A stretch of DNA of 64,000 nt from an uncultured Desulfarculus sp. (GCA_963665125.2 CAXXUK010000002.1:384001-448000), one strand, 5' to 3'; numbered from the stretch's first letter, positions 10,078 to 19,095 are shown. The notes: generated by a model not told the origin, from the letters alone. Made by a program: numbers and translations.

Positions 10078-10590
10078 ATGCACGAACGCCGCAAACAAAT
10101 TCTGGAAATCCTGGCCGGATCACGGCAGCCGGTCATAGGAGCCGACCTCTCGGAAAAACTTGGTGTCAGCCGTCAAGTCATCGTTCAAGACATGGCCATT
10201 CTCCGGGCCGAGGGCCATGAAGTCCTGGCCACGCCACGGGGCTATCTCCTCAATAACACCGATGTGCCAAAGGGCCAAAGGGCCGTGGTGGCCGTACGGC
10301 ACGACGCATCCCGCACCGAAGAGGAATTGTGCGTCATGGTGGACCACGGCCTGCATGTCATCGATGTAATCGTGGAACATCCCGTATACGGCGAGATGCG
10401 TGGCAACCTGATGCTCAAGACCAGGGTGGACGTGGGCCGCTTCATCTCCCAGATGAACAAGCGCGAGGCGCCGCTGCTGTCGGCCCTTACCGACGGCGTG
10501 CACATGCACACCGTGGAATATGACGATCCCGCCGTCCTCGAGATGGCTCTGGATGAACTGTCCCGCAGGGGTATCCTGATCGATTATTGA
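10078..10590 (+). CDS. niaR: Niacin-responsive transcription repressor NiaR (HTH_11 + 3H domain)
   Basis: VSRQVIVQDMAILRA, ATPRGY, DVIVEHPVYG, LSALTDGVHMHT. Start moved to ATG at 10078. Confidence 0.9.
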   Translation: MHERRKQILEILAGSRQPVIGADLSEKLGVSRQVIVQDMAILRAEGHEVLATPRGYLLNNTDVPKGQRAVVAVRHDASRTEEELCVMVDHGLHVIDVIVEHPVYGEMRGNLMLKTRVDVGRFISQMNKREAPLLSALTDGVHMHTVEYDDPAVLEMALDELSRRGILIDY

Positions 10591-12410
10591 TTTTTGCCGT
10601 TAACCGGCAGGCTCAAGGTGAATACCGCGCCCTTGCCCGGCTCGCTGTCCACCACCAGCCGGCCGCCGTGCATGCTGGCTATGGCTTTGGCCGCGGCCAG
10701 GCCCAGGCCGTAGCCCTGACGGTTTTTCCCGCCGCGGCCTCTGAAAAACGGCTGGAAGATAAGGGCCAGTTCGTCGGGGTCGATACCCGAGCCCTGGTCG
10801 GCCACCTGGATTCGGGTTTCCTGGTCGGTGGCCGTGATGGATAGGCTGACCGTGGTGCCCTTGGGCGAGTGCTGGAGGGCGTTGTCCAGCAGGTTGCCGA
10901 AGATCCGCCCCAGCAGTTCGCGGTCGGCTATCAGCGGCGTACTGTCGGGGCAGTTCAGATCAAGCTTCACCCCGGCCGCGTCAAACAACGGTTGCAGACT
11001 TGCCGCCAGTTGCCTGATTTCCATTGTAAGGTCCAGCTTGTTCGGGACCATCTCCACCGCGCCGTCCTGCAGGCGGCTCATCTCCAGAAAACGATGGACA
11101 AAGCCTTCCAGGCGCGCGGATTCCTTTTCGATGACCTTCACGTATTTGCTGCGGTTTTCCGGGCTTAGGTCCGCGTCCTTGCGCAGGAGCATGTCGGCGA
11201 AACCGCGGATGCTGATCAGCGGCGTCTTCATGTCGTGGGCCAACATGGAAATGATCCTGGCCCGGTTGCGCTCCAGGGTCTTGACTTCGCTGATATCCTG
11301 GAACGTCTCCACGCCGCCGGTCAGCTTGCCGTGCTGGTCGAAGATGGCCGCGGCCCGGAAACGCACGTCGGTTTTGCCTCCCTCGACCGATTGGACCTGC
11401 CAATCCTCGGGACCCACGGGCTTGGCCTCGGTAATGGAGCGCTTCAGCGGGCAAAGCGGATCGTCGCCGCAGCCAAGCACTTCCGAACAGCGCCGTCCAA
11501 GGGCCCGGTTCAGACTTTGACCGGTGATGGCTTGGGCCCATGGGTTCATCTGGGTAACGCTTAGATGTTCGTCAACGGCGATGACCCCCACCGGCAGGCT
11601 TTCGAACAAGACCCTCTGGCTCTCCAAGGTGTGGCGGAGTTCCTGCTCCATGAGCTTTTGGCGGGTTATGTCACGGATCAGCGACTGCTTGGCCAAGCTG
11701 CCGTCGGGGCGCCTGAGCAGCGTATCGTTCATTTGATACCAGCGGCCGTCCATTTCGTTTTTCACTTCCCAGCGGATGGTTTCCCCGGCAAACACCCGGT
11801 CGTTCACGCACCAGCCGCAGGGCTGGTCCAACTGATGCAGTGCTTTATGGCACTTTTCGCCCGTGGCGTCCCGCCCCAACCTGCGGATCAGCATTTCATT
11901 CATGTATTCGATGCGGTAATCGGGCCCGCAGATATAAATCATGCCGTCAAAGGCCCTGGTCAGGGCCTCGAAGTGGGCGGCTCCGGCATCAGTGTATTGG
12001 CGTTTTTCCAAACGGTGAAGCAGGAACCAATGGCCGGAGTCTTCCATGGGGTGAGCTGTCGCCGACACCAGCAATGTTGCGCCGTTGGGCAGAATAATGC
12101 TTTTTTCGTATGAAACAGGATTTGACGTGGTGGCCGAATGCGCCAGAAGCATTTTTTCGGCGCTGCGCTGGAGGGCCGGGCTCAGCTTGCTCCAACTCTT
12201 GCCCATGATTTCGTCATCACTGTTGAGGCCGGTCAGGGCGCGAAAGGCACCGTTGCCGCAGGTGATGCGGCCTTCAGGGCCAATGGCGGCGAAAGGAACG
12301 GGTGAATGTTCCATGGCCTTGACCAGTTCGGCAAGTTGAGTCGGTGCGTCTCGGCTCATTCCTCCTCTTGTCTCACCCGCCGTCAGGCCAGATGCCTGGT
12401 CGGATGTCAT
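10584..12410 (-). CDS. Cytoplasmic multi-PAS sensor histidine kinase
   Basis: Three PAS-like segments, H-box LAHDMKTPL, NLLDNA, DQGSGI, GLGLA. Start may be ATG at 12359. Confidence 0.9.
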   Translation of the reverse strand: MTSDQASGLTAGETRGGMSRDAPTQLAELVKAMEHSPVPFAAIGPEGRITCGNGAFRALTGLNSDDEIMGKSWSKLSPALQRSAEKMLLAHSATTSNPVSYEKSIILPNGATLLVSATAHPMEDSGHWFLLHRLEKRQYTDAGAAHFEALTRAFDGMIYICGPDYRIEYMNEMLIRRLGRDATGEKCHKALHQLDQPCGWCVNDRVFAGETIRWEVKNEMDGRWYQMNDTLLRRPDGSLAKQSLIRDITRQKLMEQELRHTLESQRVLFESLPVGVIAVDEHLSVTQMNPWAQAITGQSLNRALGRRCSEVLGCGDDPLCPLKRSITEAKPVGPEDWQVQSVEGGKTDVRFRAAAIFDQHGKLTGGVETFQDISEVKTLERNRARIISMLAHDMKTPLISIRGFADMLLRKDADLSPENRSKYVKVIEKESARLEGFVHRFLEMSRLQDGAVEMVPNKLDLTMEIRQLAASLQPLFDAAGVKLDLNCPDSTPLIADRELLGRIFGNLLDNALQHSPKGTTVSLSITATDQETRIQVADQGSGIDPDELALIFQPFFRGRGGKNRQGYGLGLAAAKAIASMHGGRLVVDSEPGKGAVFTLSLPVNGKNQ

Positions 12411-12531
12411 GGATTGTCCGTCGCTTTAGCCGTGGCCTCCGCCACTTTTCCCCAAGCTTAATGTCGGTCTCCAATTGTTCATCATAGCAACTTTACATCT
12501 CATGCACCAAGGGCTATGGCCGTGAACACCG

Positions 12532-14427
12532 CTAGAAAAATGCCGGTCCACCTTCGGCCCACCGCCGTATTCCACTGTCCGGCGCGAACCGCTTGCCGTG
12601 GTCTTGGGCCAAGTCTTCCAGGGTGTCCAGGGCCTTTTGTGGGCCCATCTCCTCCAACAAATGCAGCGGGCCGCCGCCAAAGGCCGGATAGCCCAGGGCG
12701 TGCGCGGCCAACAGCTCGATATCCCGGGCCGAGCCGGTCATGCCCGCCGTGAGCATTGCCGCGGCGCTGTTGGCCAAAAGCAAGGTGATCCGCTGTTGGA
12801 TTTCCTCCTTGCTTATTCCAGCATTGGTGGCGGTTTGTGGCGCATCGCCGCGCATGGCCAGGGGACCTTGGGCAAAGCCCATTTCCAGCATGGCCTGGTC
12901 GATTTGCCCGGCGTCTGCTCCGTCATGAATGAGCATCACGGCCTCGGCCATATAAACCGAACGCAGCCTGCCGCTGATGCTGCCCGGACCGCTGTTGGAG
13001 ATGATGATGCCCTTGCCCAGGGCCGCGGCCAGGGCGGCGGCGGTGTCCACGGCCCATTCGGCGGTGGATTCGCCCCGCACGATCTCGGCCACGGCCGATC
13101 GGTGCACCGGATCGAACAAGCACAGGCCCACCACCCTCTCCGGGTTGGCTATGCCTTTGGCCGCCTCATTGAGTGGCGGGGTGGGGGCGGTGCTGGCCAG
13201 CACGGCTTCCGGCCCGGTGACATCGGCCAACCTGGCCAGGGTCTTTTGGGCCTCCATGACATCGCCGCCGGCCAGATCGAGGATAAAGTCGCAACCCGCC
13301 AGGGCCTGGGGTGTGTCGCCGATAAACAGGCGGTCCAGGCGGGCCCGGTGTTCGTCTTTTGTGATGCGGCCCCGTTTGAGCAGTTTTTCCAGTACGGTCG
13401 CCACCATGGCCTGGAGTTTGTTTTTCGCGCCGCTGTCCGGCTCCCAAACCGCCACCGGGCAAAAGGCCAGGGCCGCGGGCGCCAGGCCCAGAGCCGGACC
13501 GGTTGCGCCCACCAGGCCCAGGCGGTTGATCAGCCGAGCATGGCCGCCGGGTTTGGTCTTTTTTAGGCCGTTGGCGGCTACGAAATGCCAGACAAGGTTG
13601 CGGGACTGGCTGCTGGCCACCAACTCGCCGAACAATTCGTCCTCGCGCCGGCGCGCCGCTTCCGGGCCGTGTTTGATGCGCTCCTCCAGGCCCTCCAGCA
13701 CTGCAAGGGGCGCAGGCAGCAGGCCACGGGTGGAGTCCATGACGCTTTGGCGCACGGCCTGGAGCATGCCCGGATCAAGGGCATCGGTGTGGGGCTCGGG
13801 CGGTGCAAGGCTGCCGTCGGCCATGGCCAAAGCGTCGGAAGCGGCCCGGTCCAATAGCCGGCCCGGCTCCACCAGGGCGTCGATAAGGCCGATTTCCAGG
13901 GCCTTGGCCGGGGTGATGTTGGCGGCGGTGACCAAAAGGGGTATGGCCTCGGCCGGGCCCACGCGCTCCAGCAGGCGGCCCGGAATACCGCCCGCCGGAA
14001 TGAAGCCCAGACGCACAGCCGGGAAGCCGAAGGTCAACCCCGGAGCGTCGGCGGCCACGATGCGGCCGCAACACAGGCCCAGGCCCAGGCCGCCGCCCAG
14101 GACCGCGCCGTGCACCGCGGCCACCAGGGGCTTGGCGAAACCTATCATGATGTCCAGGGTGCGGCTGGTGCCGGCCAGGGAAGCGGTGGCCTCGGCCGGG
14201 CTGGCGGCCAGGGCCAGGGCCTTGAGGTCGGCTCCGGCCACGAAGCTGGTCTTTTTGGCCGAAGCCAGGACCACGGCCCGAATGGAATTGTCGGCCGCCA
14301 GCTCTCCCAGGCGCACGGCGAGTTCGTCCAACAGTTCGGAGGCAAGGGCGTTCACCGGCCGTCCCGGCTGGTCCATTATCAACAAAGCGCAACCATCGGG
14401 CCGTTTTTCTATTCTTGTGGCTTGCAT
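12532..14427 (-). CDS. FadJ/FadB-like enoyl-CoA hydratase/3-hydroxyacyl-CoA dehydrogenase homologue with degenerate catalytic motifs
   Basis: Crotonase N-terminus (DQPGRPVNAL, FVAGADL, VHGAVLGGG) plus HAD-like C-terminus; SD GGAGG before ATG at 14427. Confidence 0.8.
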   Translation of the reverse strand: MQATRIEKRPDGCALLIMDQPGRPVNALASELLDELAVRLGELAADNSIRAVVLASAKKTSFVAGADLKALALAASPAEATASLAGTSRTLDIMIGFAKPLVAAVHGAVLGGGLGLGLCCGRIVAADAPGLTFGFPAVRLGFIPAGGIPGRLLERVGPAEAIPLLVTAANITPAKALEIGLIDALVEPGRLLDRAASDALAMADGSLAPPEPHTDALDPGMLQAVRQSVMDSTRGLLPAPLAVLEGLEERIKHGPEAARRREDELFGELVASSQSRNLVWHFVAANGLKKTKPGGHARLINRLGLVGATGPALGLAPAALAFCPVAVWEPDSGAKNKLQAMVATVLEKLLKRGRITKDEHRARLDRLFIGDTPQALAGCDFILDLAGGDVMEAQKTLARLADVTGPEAVLASTAPTPPLNEAAKGIANPERVVGLCLFDPVHRSAVAEIVRGESTAEWAVDTAAALAAALGKGIIISNSGPGSISGRLRSVYMAEAVMLIHDGADAGQIDQAMLEMGFAQGPLAMRGDAPQTATNAGISKEEIQQRITLLLANSAAAMLTAGMTGSARDIELLAAHALGYPAFGGGPLHLLEEMGPQKALDTLEDLAQDHGKRFAPDSGIRRWAEGGPAFF

Positions 14428-14447
14428 GCCGCCTCCATCGGTTGGTG

Positions 14448-14464
14448 ATCTGGTCATACCAGGT
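14448..14464. promoter_or_regulatory. Candidate FadR/GntR-family operator, site 1
   Basis: ATCTGGTCATACCAGGT; core CTGGT-N3-ACCAG palindrome resembles the FadR consensus and lies just upstream of the fadJ-like start. Confidence 0.65.
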
Positions 14465-14573
14465 GGATTATCATTGGCTTTGCGAAAAAGTCAAGCAGGC
14501 CCGAGGTCCATGTTATTAACCGCCTTGTTATTGGTCTTGGCCCTTGGGATTGCTTTGTGGTATGAATTTGGCC

Positions 14574-15335
14574 ATGAAGTCTGACCAGATTAACAGCATA
14601 GGGCCTTTGGAAAAGACGCCCACCATGAGCAGGCGCGTGGCCGACTACCTTTCCAGGCTTGTCGCCGACGGCACGCTGAAGCCCGGAGAAAAGCTGCCCG
14701 GCGAGACGGCCCTGGCCCAGCGTTTGGGCGTCAGCCGCCCGACCCTGCGCGAAGCCTTGGGCGTCTTGCAGGTCAAGGGCCTGTTGGAGGTGCGGCCCCG
14801 TTCAGGCACCTATGTCACCAGCGCCGTGGATGGAGGCGGCGGCAACGTTGTCGACGAGCTTGTGGCCGTGGACCCCACCAAAATCTGGGAGCTTCTGGAG
14901 ATCCGCAAGGTGGTCGACACCGAGGCCGCGGCGCTGGCCGCTCGGCGGCGCAACCCGGCCGACTTGGCCCGCCTGGATGAGATCATGCAGTCGGTGCGCA
15001 ACCTCGGCGGACAGGACCTGATCCGGCGCAGCGAAGGCGGCAAGGCCTATGCCCGGTTTTTCGCCTTTTTAGCCCATGCCACCCACAACACACTCTACAG
15101 CCACCTGATGAGCTGGGTCAGTAGCACCCTGCGCCATCTGGTGCCCTACAGCCGCCAGAGGCTTTCAGGCAAGCCGGAAATCGGCGACGCCATACTGGGC
15201 CACATCGTGGCCATTGCCAGGTCCGTGGAGGACTCAGACCCCCAGGCCGCCCGGCGTACCACCCTGGAACACCTGGAATTTCTGGAAAAGGCCCTGCGCG
15301 AACTACACACCGAGGAAACCAGCCAGCCGAACTGA
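14574..15335 (+). CDS. GntR family (FadR subfamily) transcriptional regulator
   Basis: LKPGEKLPGE..LA..LGVSRPTLREAL....GL...RPRSGTYV wHTH plus FCD-like C-terminus. Confidence 0.92.
   Translation: MKSDQINSIGPLEKTPTMSRRVADYLSRLVADGTLKPGEKLPGETALAQRLGVSRPTLREALGVLQVKGLLEVRPRSGTYVTSAVDGGGGNVVDELVAVDPTKIWELLEIRKVVDTEAAALAARRRNPADLARLDEIMQSVRNLGGQDLIRRSEGGKAYARFFAFLAHATHNTLYSHLMSWVSSTLRHLVPYSRQRLSGKPEIGDAILGHIVAIARSVEDSDPQAARRTTLEHLEFLEKALRELHTEETSQPN
14577..14591. promoter_or_regulatory. Candidate FadR/GntR-family operator, site 2 (autoregulatory)
   Basis: Reverse complement AATCTGGTCAGACTT shares ATCTGGTCA-x-AC with site 1 and sits on the first codons of the regulator. Confidence 0.45.
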
Positions 15336-15512
15336 TGCGTGAAGACCTGGGATGGGCCCAGGCCATATGGCATATGCCGCCCCGGACAATCTTTTTGTGG
15401 CGGGCTTGCCGCCTGGCTGCGATACTACGGACCGCAGGCCCGCATCCGGGCCTTCAATTTACACGGCGCTTTTCTGAAGCCTGGTATTTAACATTCTACA
15501 ATAACTGGAGAA

Positions 15513-16448
15513 ATGCCCATGAGCGCTTCCGAGACGGCCATGTGGGTGACTGAAGTAATAACGGACTGGGATGTGTATCATCACGGCGTAAGCCGGGTGA
15601 TAGCCCACACCAAGACGCCTTATCAGGAAATGTATGTGGTGGAAAGCCCGTCGTTCGGCCGCGCCCTGGTCCTGGACGGCAAGTGGCAGAGTTCCCAGCA
15701 CGATGAATTCATCTATCACGAGGCCCTGGTCCAACCGGCCATGATCATGCAGGGCGGGCCCAAGAAAGTGCTGATCCTGGGTGGCGGCGAGGGGGCCACC
15801 ATCCGCGAGGCCCTGCGCTGGTCCAGCGTGGAGCGGGTGGTCATGGTCGACATCGACCCCGACGTGGTCCAGGCCTGCCGCGAGCACATGGAGGTCATGC
15901 ACCAGGGTTCGTGGGACGATCCGCGCCTGGAACTGGTCTTTGACGACGCCTGGGTCTATCTGGAAAACACCACCGAGGCCTGGGACGTGATCATAAGCGA
16001 CCTGACCGACCCCCTGGAGGAAGGCCCGTCGTTCAAACTGTTCACCAAGGAATTCTACGAGATGGCCAAAAAGGCCCTGGCTCCCGGCGGCAAGCTGGTG
16101 GCCCAGGCCGGGCCGGTCTCGCCGGTGGAAGTGGCCCTGCACGCCCGGTTGTGCAACACCCTGGCCGACGTGTTCGGCGACGTGGTGTCGTACTGCGCGC
16201 CCACGCCCAGCTACGGGCGGGCCTGGGGATTCGCCCTGTGTTCGGCCGAGGCCATCGACCTGACGCCTGATCCGGCCAAGACCGACGACATCATCGCCGA
16301 CAAGGTCAATAGCGAACTGAAGCTCATGGACGGCCGGACCCTGTTGGGCCTGCTGCAAACGCCCAAATACATCCGCACGGCCATTGCCAACAGCACCACG
16401 GTCTACACCATTGCCGCGCCGCCGCGCTTCGGCAACTTGGAAGGCTAG
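15513..16448 (+). CDS. speE: Polyamine aminopropyltransferase (spermidine synthase family)
   Basis: TPYQ, LVLDG, DEFIYHEALV, KVLILGGGEGATIRE, VDID, DVIISDLTDP, LFTKEFY. Confidence 0.92.
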   Translation: MPMSASETAMWVTEVITDWDVYHHGVSRVIAHTKTPYQEMYVVESPSFGRALVLDGKWQSSQHDEFIYHEALVQPAMIMQGGPKKVLILGGGEGATIREALRWSSVERVVMVDIDPDVVQACREHMEVMHQGSWDDPRLELVFDDAWVYLENTTEAWDVIISDLTDPLEEGPSFKLFTKEFYEMAKKALAPGGKLVAQAGPVSPVEVALHARLCNTLADVFGDVVSYCAPTPSYGRAWGFALCSAEAIDLTPDPAKTDDIIADKVNSELKLMDGRTLLGLLQTPKYIRTAIANSTTVYTIAAPPRFGNLEG

Positions 16449-16500
16449 GCCACAGCCCTCAAACTGAAAACGCCGCGCTCCATCCGGGGTGCGGCGTTTT
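16403..16500 (+). repeat. Direct repeat copy 1: speE 3' end plus terminator hairpin
   Basis: Encodes YTIAAPPRFGNLEG*, followed by CGCCGCGCTCCATCCGGGGTGCGGCGTTTT; homologous to 17005-17100. Confidence 0.85.
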
Positions 16501-16501
16501 C
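16467..16501. terminator. Rho-independent terminator after speE
   Basis: AAAACGCCGCGCTCC-ATCC-GGGGTGCGGCGTTTT hairpin with A/T flanks. Confidence 0.8.
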
Positions 16502-16590
16502 TGTTGGAGGGGGCGTTGCCGCTCTGCTAGGATAGCCCGGTTTAATATATATAATTCCGCCGCCATTGGCGGCCCTTGGGGAGGACAACA

Positions 16591-16980
16591 ATGAAAGCCG
16601 CAATCAAGTATATTCCCTTGGCTCTGCTGGCGTGTCTGCTTACGATGGCCTGTGAAAGCGGCGGCGGCAGCGGCACGGCGACCATAGGGGGCCATATGAT
16701 CGGGAAATGGTCAGGCATGTATCAAGAACACGGCGGCGGCTGCAACGATTTTAAAGCTTACATAGGCCAACAGACAGAAGACCGATTCAGCGGTAACTTC
16801 CAGGAATCGCCGGTGGGCAAGGAATCTTTCTCTGGGACCGTCGATGAGGGGGGCGGAATAAACATCACCGGCCCAAAAGGCTTCGAAATGAACGGCATAC
16901 TGGACGGTGATAGCTTTATGTCGGGCTACTACAAAACCTCTGATGGTCACACCGGCTATTGGGAGCTGGACCGTCAGTAG
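16591..16980 (+). CDS. Hypothetical lipoprotein
   Basis: SD GGAGGA; signal MKAAIKYIPLALLACLLTMA-C followed by a Gly/Ser linker; beta-rich mature part. Confidence 0.75.
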   Translation: MKAAIKYIPLALLACLLTMACESGGGSGTATIGGHMIGKWSGMYQEHGGGCNDFKAYIGQQTEDRFSGNFQESPVGKESFSGTVDEGGGINITGPKGFEMNGILDGDSFMSGYYKTSDGHTGYWELDRQ

Positions 16981-17004
16981 GCGGCCTTCTGTTCTGTCTG
17001 CCTC

Positions 17005-17100
17005 CTACACCACCGCGGCGCCGCCGAGTTTCGGCAATCTGGAGGGCTAACACCCGATCTAAATTACCTGCGCCGCGCTCCATCCGGGGCGCGGCGTTTT
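17005..17100 (+). repeat. Direct repeat copy 2: orphan speE 3' end plus terminator hairpin
   Basis: 17006-17050 encodes YTTAAPPSFGNLEG*; 17071-17100 matches 16471-16500 at 29 of 30 nt. Confidence 0.85.
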
Positions 17101-17727
17101 TATTGTGTGAGTGTTTACCACACTGCTATTATAAGCCAACTAATTAGTGATGTTTCATTGTAATGGCAGGGGGGATAAATGGACATATTTGTTAGTAGAC
17201 CAACCAACGTTGATCCGGAATTTGAGTCAGGCTTGAGAAGCTTTTACCAGACGCTAAAGTTGCTCGATTTAACGCCGAGGACTATCGGTGTTTCCGATCA
17301 ACCTATACGATCACCTTTAGATGAAGTTATTGAGCTTCTGCATAGCTGCCAAGGCATCATTGTTTTAGGATATCCTCAGATACTGGTTCAGAAAGGCTAT
17401 TTAAAAACAAGGCGGATTGAAAAAGACCTCAGACTGGCGACTGAGTGGAACCACATTGAGGCAAGCCTAGCCTATGCGTTAGGTTTACCAATGCTGGTCA
17501 TACACCACCAGGGTGTTTGCAGAGGCATTTTTGATCGGGGTGCTATTGGTAGCTTTTTTCTGTATGAGACCAACATGACATATGAAACTTGGGCGTTTGA
17601 ACAGAACATCTCTGGTGCGCTGGAGAAATGGAAAGGAACTTTGACTAACGCCAAAGTCGGCAGCTTTAAGGCTTCGCAGAAAACACATCAACAGCCAATG
17701 TGTCCTAACTGCCCGACTATAATGAGC

Positions 17728-18950
17728 TGTCCTAGTCAGTAATTGCGTTGACAGTTTGGCCTTCCGGCAGATGGTTTAGGTTACTACGCTGCGTCCTCGA
17801 TTTCTATCCCTTCATGGACATGCTTTTGATACAGCTCCAGGCCGTCGGTAAAGGTCTGAAAAGGGGTGCGCCCCTGGCAATAGCGGCCCTGATGGGTCCG
17901 TTCGGTGTTGTAGTAGGTCATGAAGGCGTCCAGGTCGGCCTGGATTTCATCCAGCGTGCGGTACAGCTTTTTCCGGAAGGCCACCTCATAGAATTCATTT
18001 TGGATGGTCTGGTGGAGCCGCTCCACCGCTCCGTTGGTCTGGGGATGGCGCACCTTGGTTCTGGTGTGCTCAATGTCGTTGAGGTGCAGAAATAGCTCGT
18101 AGGGGTGGCTGTCCTGACGACCACACAGCTCCGGGCCATTGTCGGTGAGCACCCGGTGCACCCTGATGCCGTGATGGTCGTAAAAAGGCAGCACCCTGTC
18201 GTTGAGCAGGTCGGCGGCAGTCAAGGTCGTCTTTTCCCGGTAGACCTTTGCAAAGCCGTGGCTGCCGTGGGTGTCGATGGCCGTTTGCTGGTAGATGCGG
18301 CCTATGCCCTTGATAATGCCCACATAGCAGGTGTCCTGTGCCACCAGAAAGCCTGGATGAGGGCTTTCCACCTCGCCGTGGGCCTCTTTTTCCTGCTTGG
18401 CGTTCTCCAGGGCCTGGACCTGGGATTCGGTGAGCACCTCGGTGTTTTCAGCCGCCCATTTCTCCAGACGCTTGAGACGCTGGGCCTTGAGCGCCAGATC
18501 GTGCCGCTGCCAGATACTGCGTATGCCCCCCGCGCTGACCTGGATGCCGATTTTCTTCAGTTCGTTGGCCACCCTCGTCTGTCCATGGGTGGGAAACTGT
18601 AAAGAATAATCCAGCACTTTTTGCTCTATCTCGGGGGCCACGCGGTTGCCTATCCTGGGCACCCGGCGGCTTTTCTCCAAGAGCCCTTCCAGCCCTTCTT
18701 CATCAATAGCTTGCTTGATGTCGTAATAGTGCTGGCGGCTGATGCCCAGCTTGCGGCAGGCCTCGGAGATGTTTCCCAGAGCCTGGCCCAACTCCAGGAT
18801 ATTGAGCTTGCGGTTGATGATATACTGCGATTGAGTCATGGTCCTTCCTTTCAATTAAGATGTTTCTTTTGGCTTGAACCATCTTAACCGGAAGGCCATG
18901 GCTCCTTCAGCTAGGACCTTGACCTGTCAACGCTTTTCTCGACTAGGACA
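17728..18950 (-). mobile_element. IS481-family insertion sequence, about 1.22 kb
   Basis: 27-bp imperfect terminal IRs TGTCCTAGTC-N7-GCGTTGACAG; AATGAG duplicated at 17721-17726 and 18951-18956. Confidence 0.93.
17784..18839 (-). CDS. IS481-family DDE transposase
   Basis: GNISEACRKLGISRQHYY HTH; rve core QDT, LTDNG.E, PQTNGAVER, YNTERTHQG. Confidence 0.95.
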   Translation of the reverse strand: MTQSQYIINRKLNILELGQALGNISEACRKLGISRQHYYDIKQAIDEEGLEGLLEKSRRVPRIGNRVAPEIEQKVLDYSLQFPTHGQTRVANELKKIGIQVSAGGIRSIWQRHDLALKAQRLKRLEKWAAENTEVLTESQVQALENAKQEKEAHGEVESPHPGFLVAQDTCYVGIIKGIGRIYQQTAIDTHGSHGFAKVYREKTTLTAADLLNDRVLPFYDHHGIRVHRVLTDNGPELCGRQDSHPYELFLHLNDIEHTRTKVRHPQTNGAVERLHQTIQNEFYEVAFRKKLYRTLDEIQADLDAFMTYYNTERTHQGRYCQGRTPFQTFTDGLELYQKHVHEGIEIEDAA

Positions 18951-19095
18951 AATGAGTCCTATCCCTCCCGACTTTGTGAAGCTCGAAAACGCTAATTATG
19001 AATGCCCAAAATGTGGAACTAAAATCATGCATTCATCGCCATGATTAGGTCCCCGCCGTAATACGCTGAGCAAAACGAATCTTTTGTTTAGGCTT

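Larger units (their letters stand above)
17179..19044 (+). pseudogene. TIR-like (flavodoxin-fold) protein with C-terminal Zn ribbon, interrupted by IS481
   Basis: Joining 17179-17726 to 18957-19044 restores the frame ...MCPNCPTIMSPIPPDFVKLENANYECPKCGTKIMHSSP*. N-terminal IFVS...GIIVLG...WNHIEA..AY..GLP pattern; visibly lower GC than the flanks. Confidence 0.75.
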
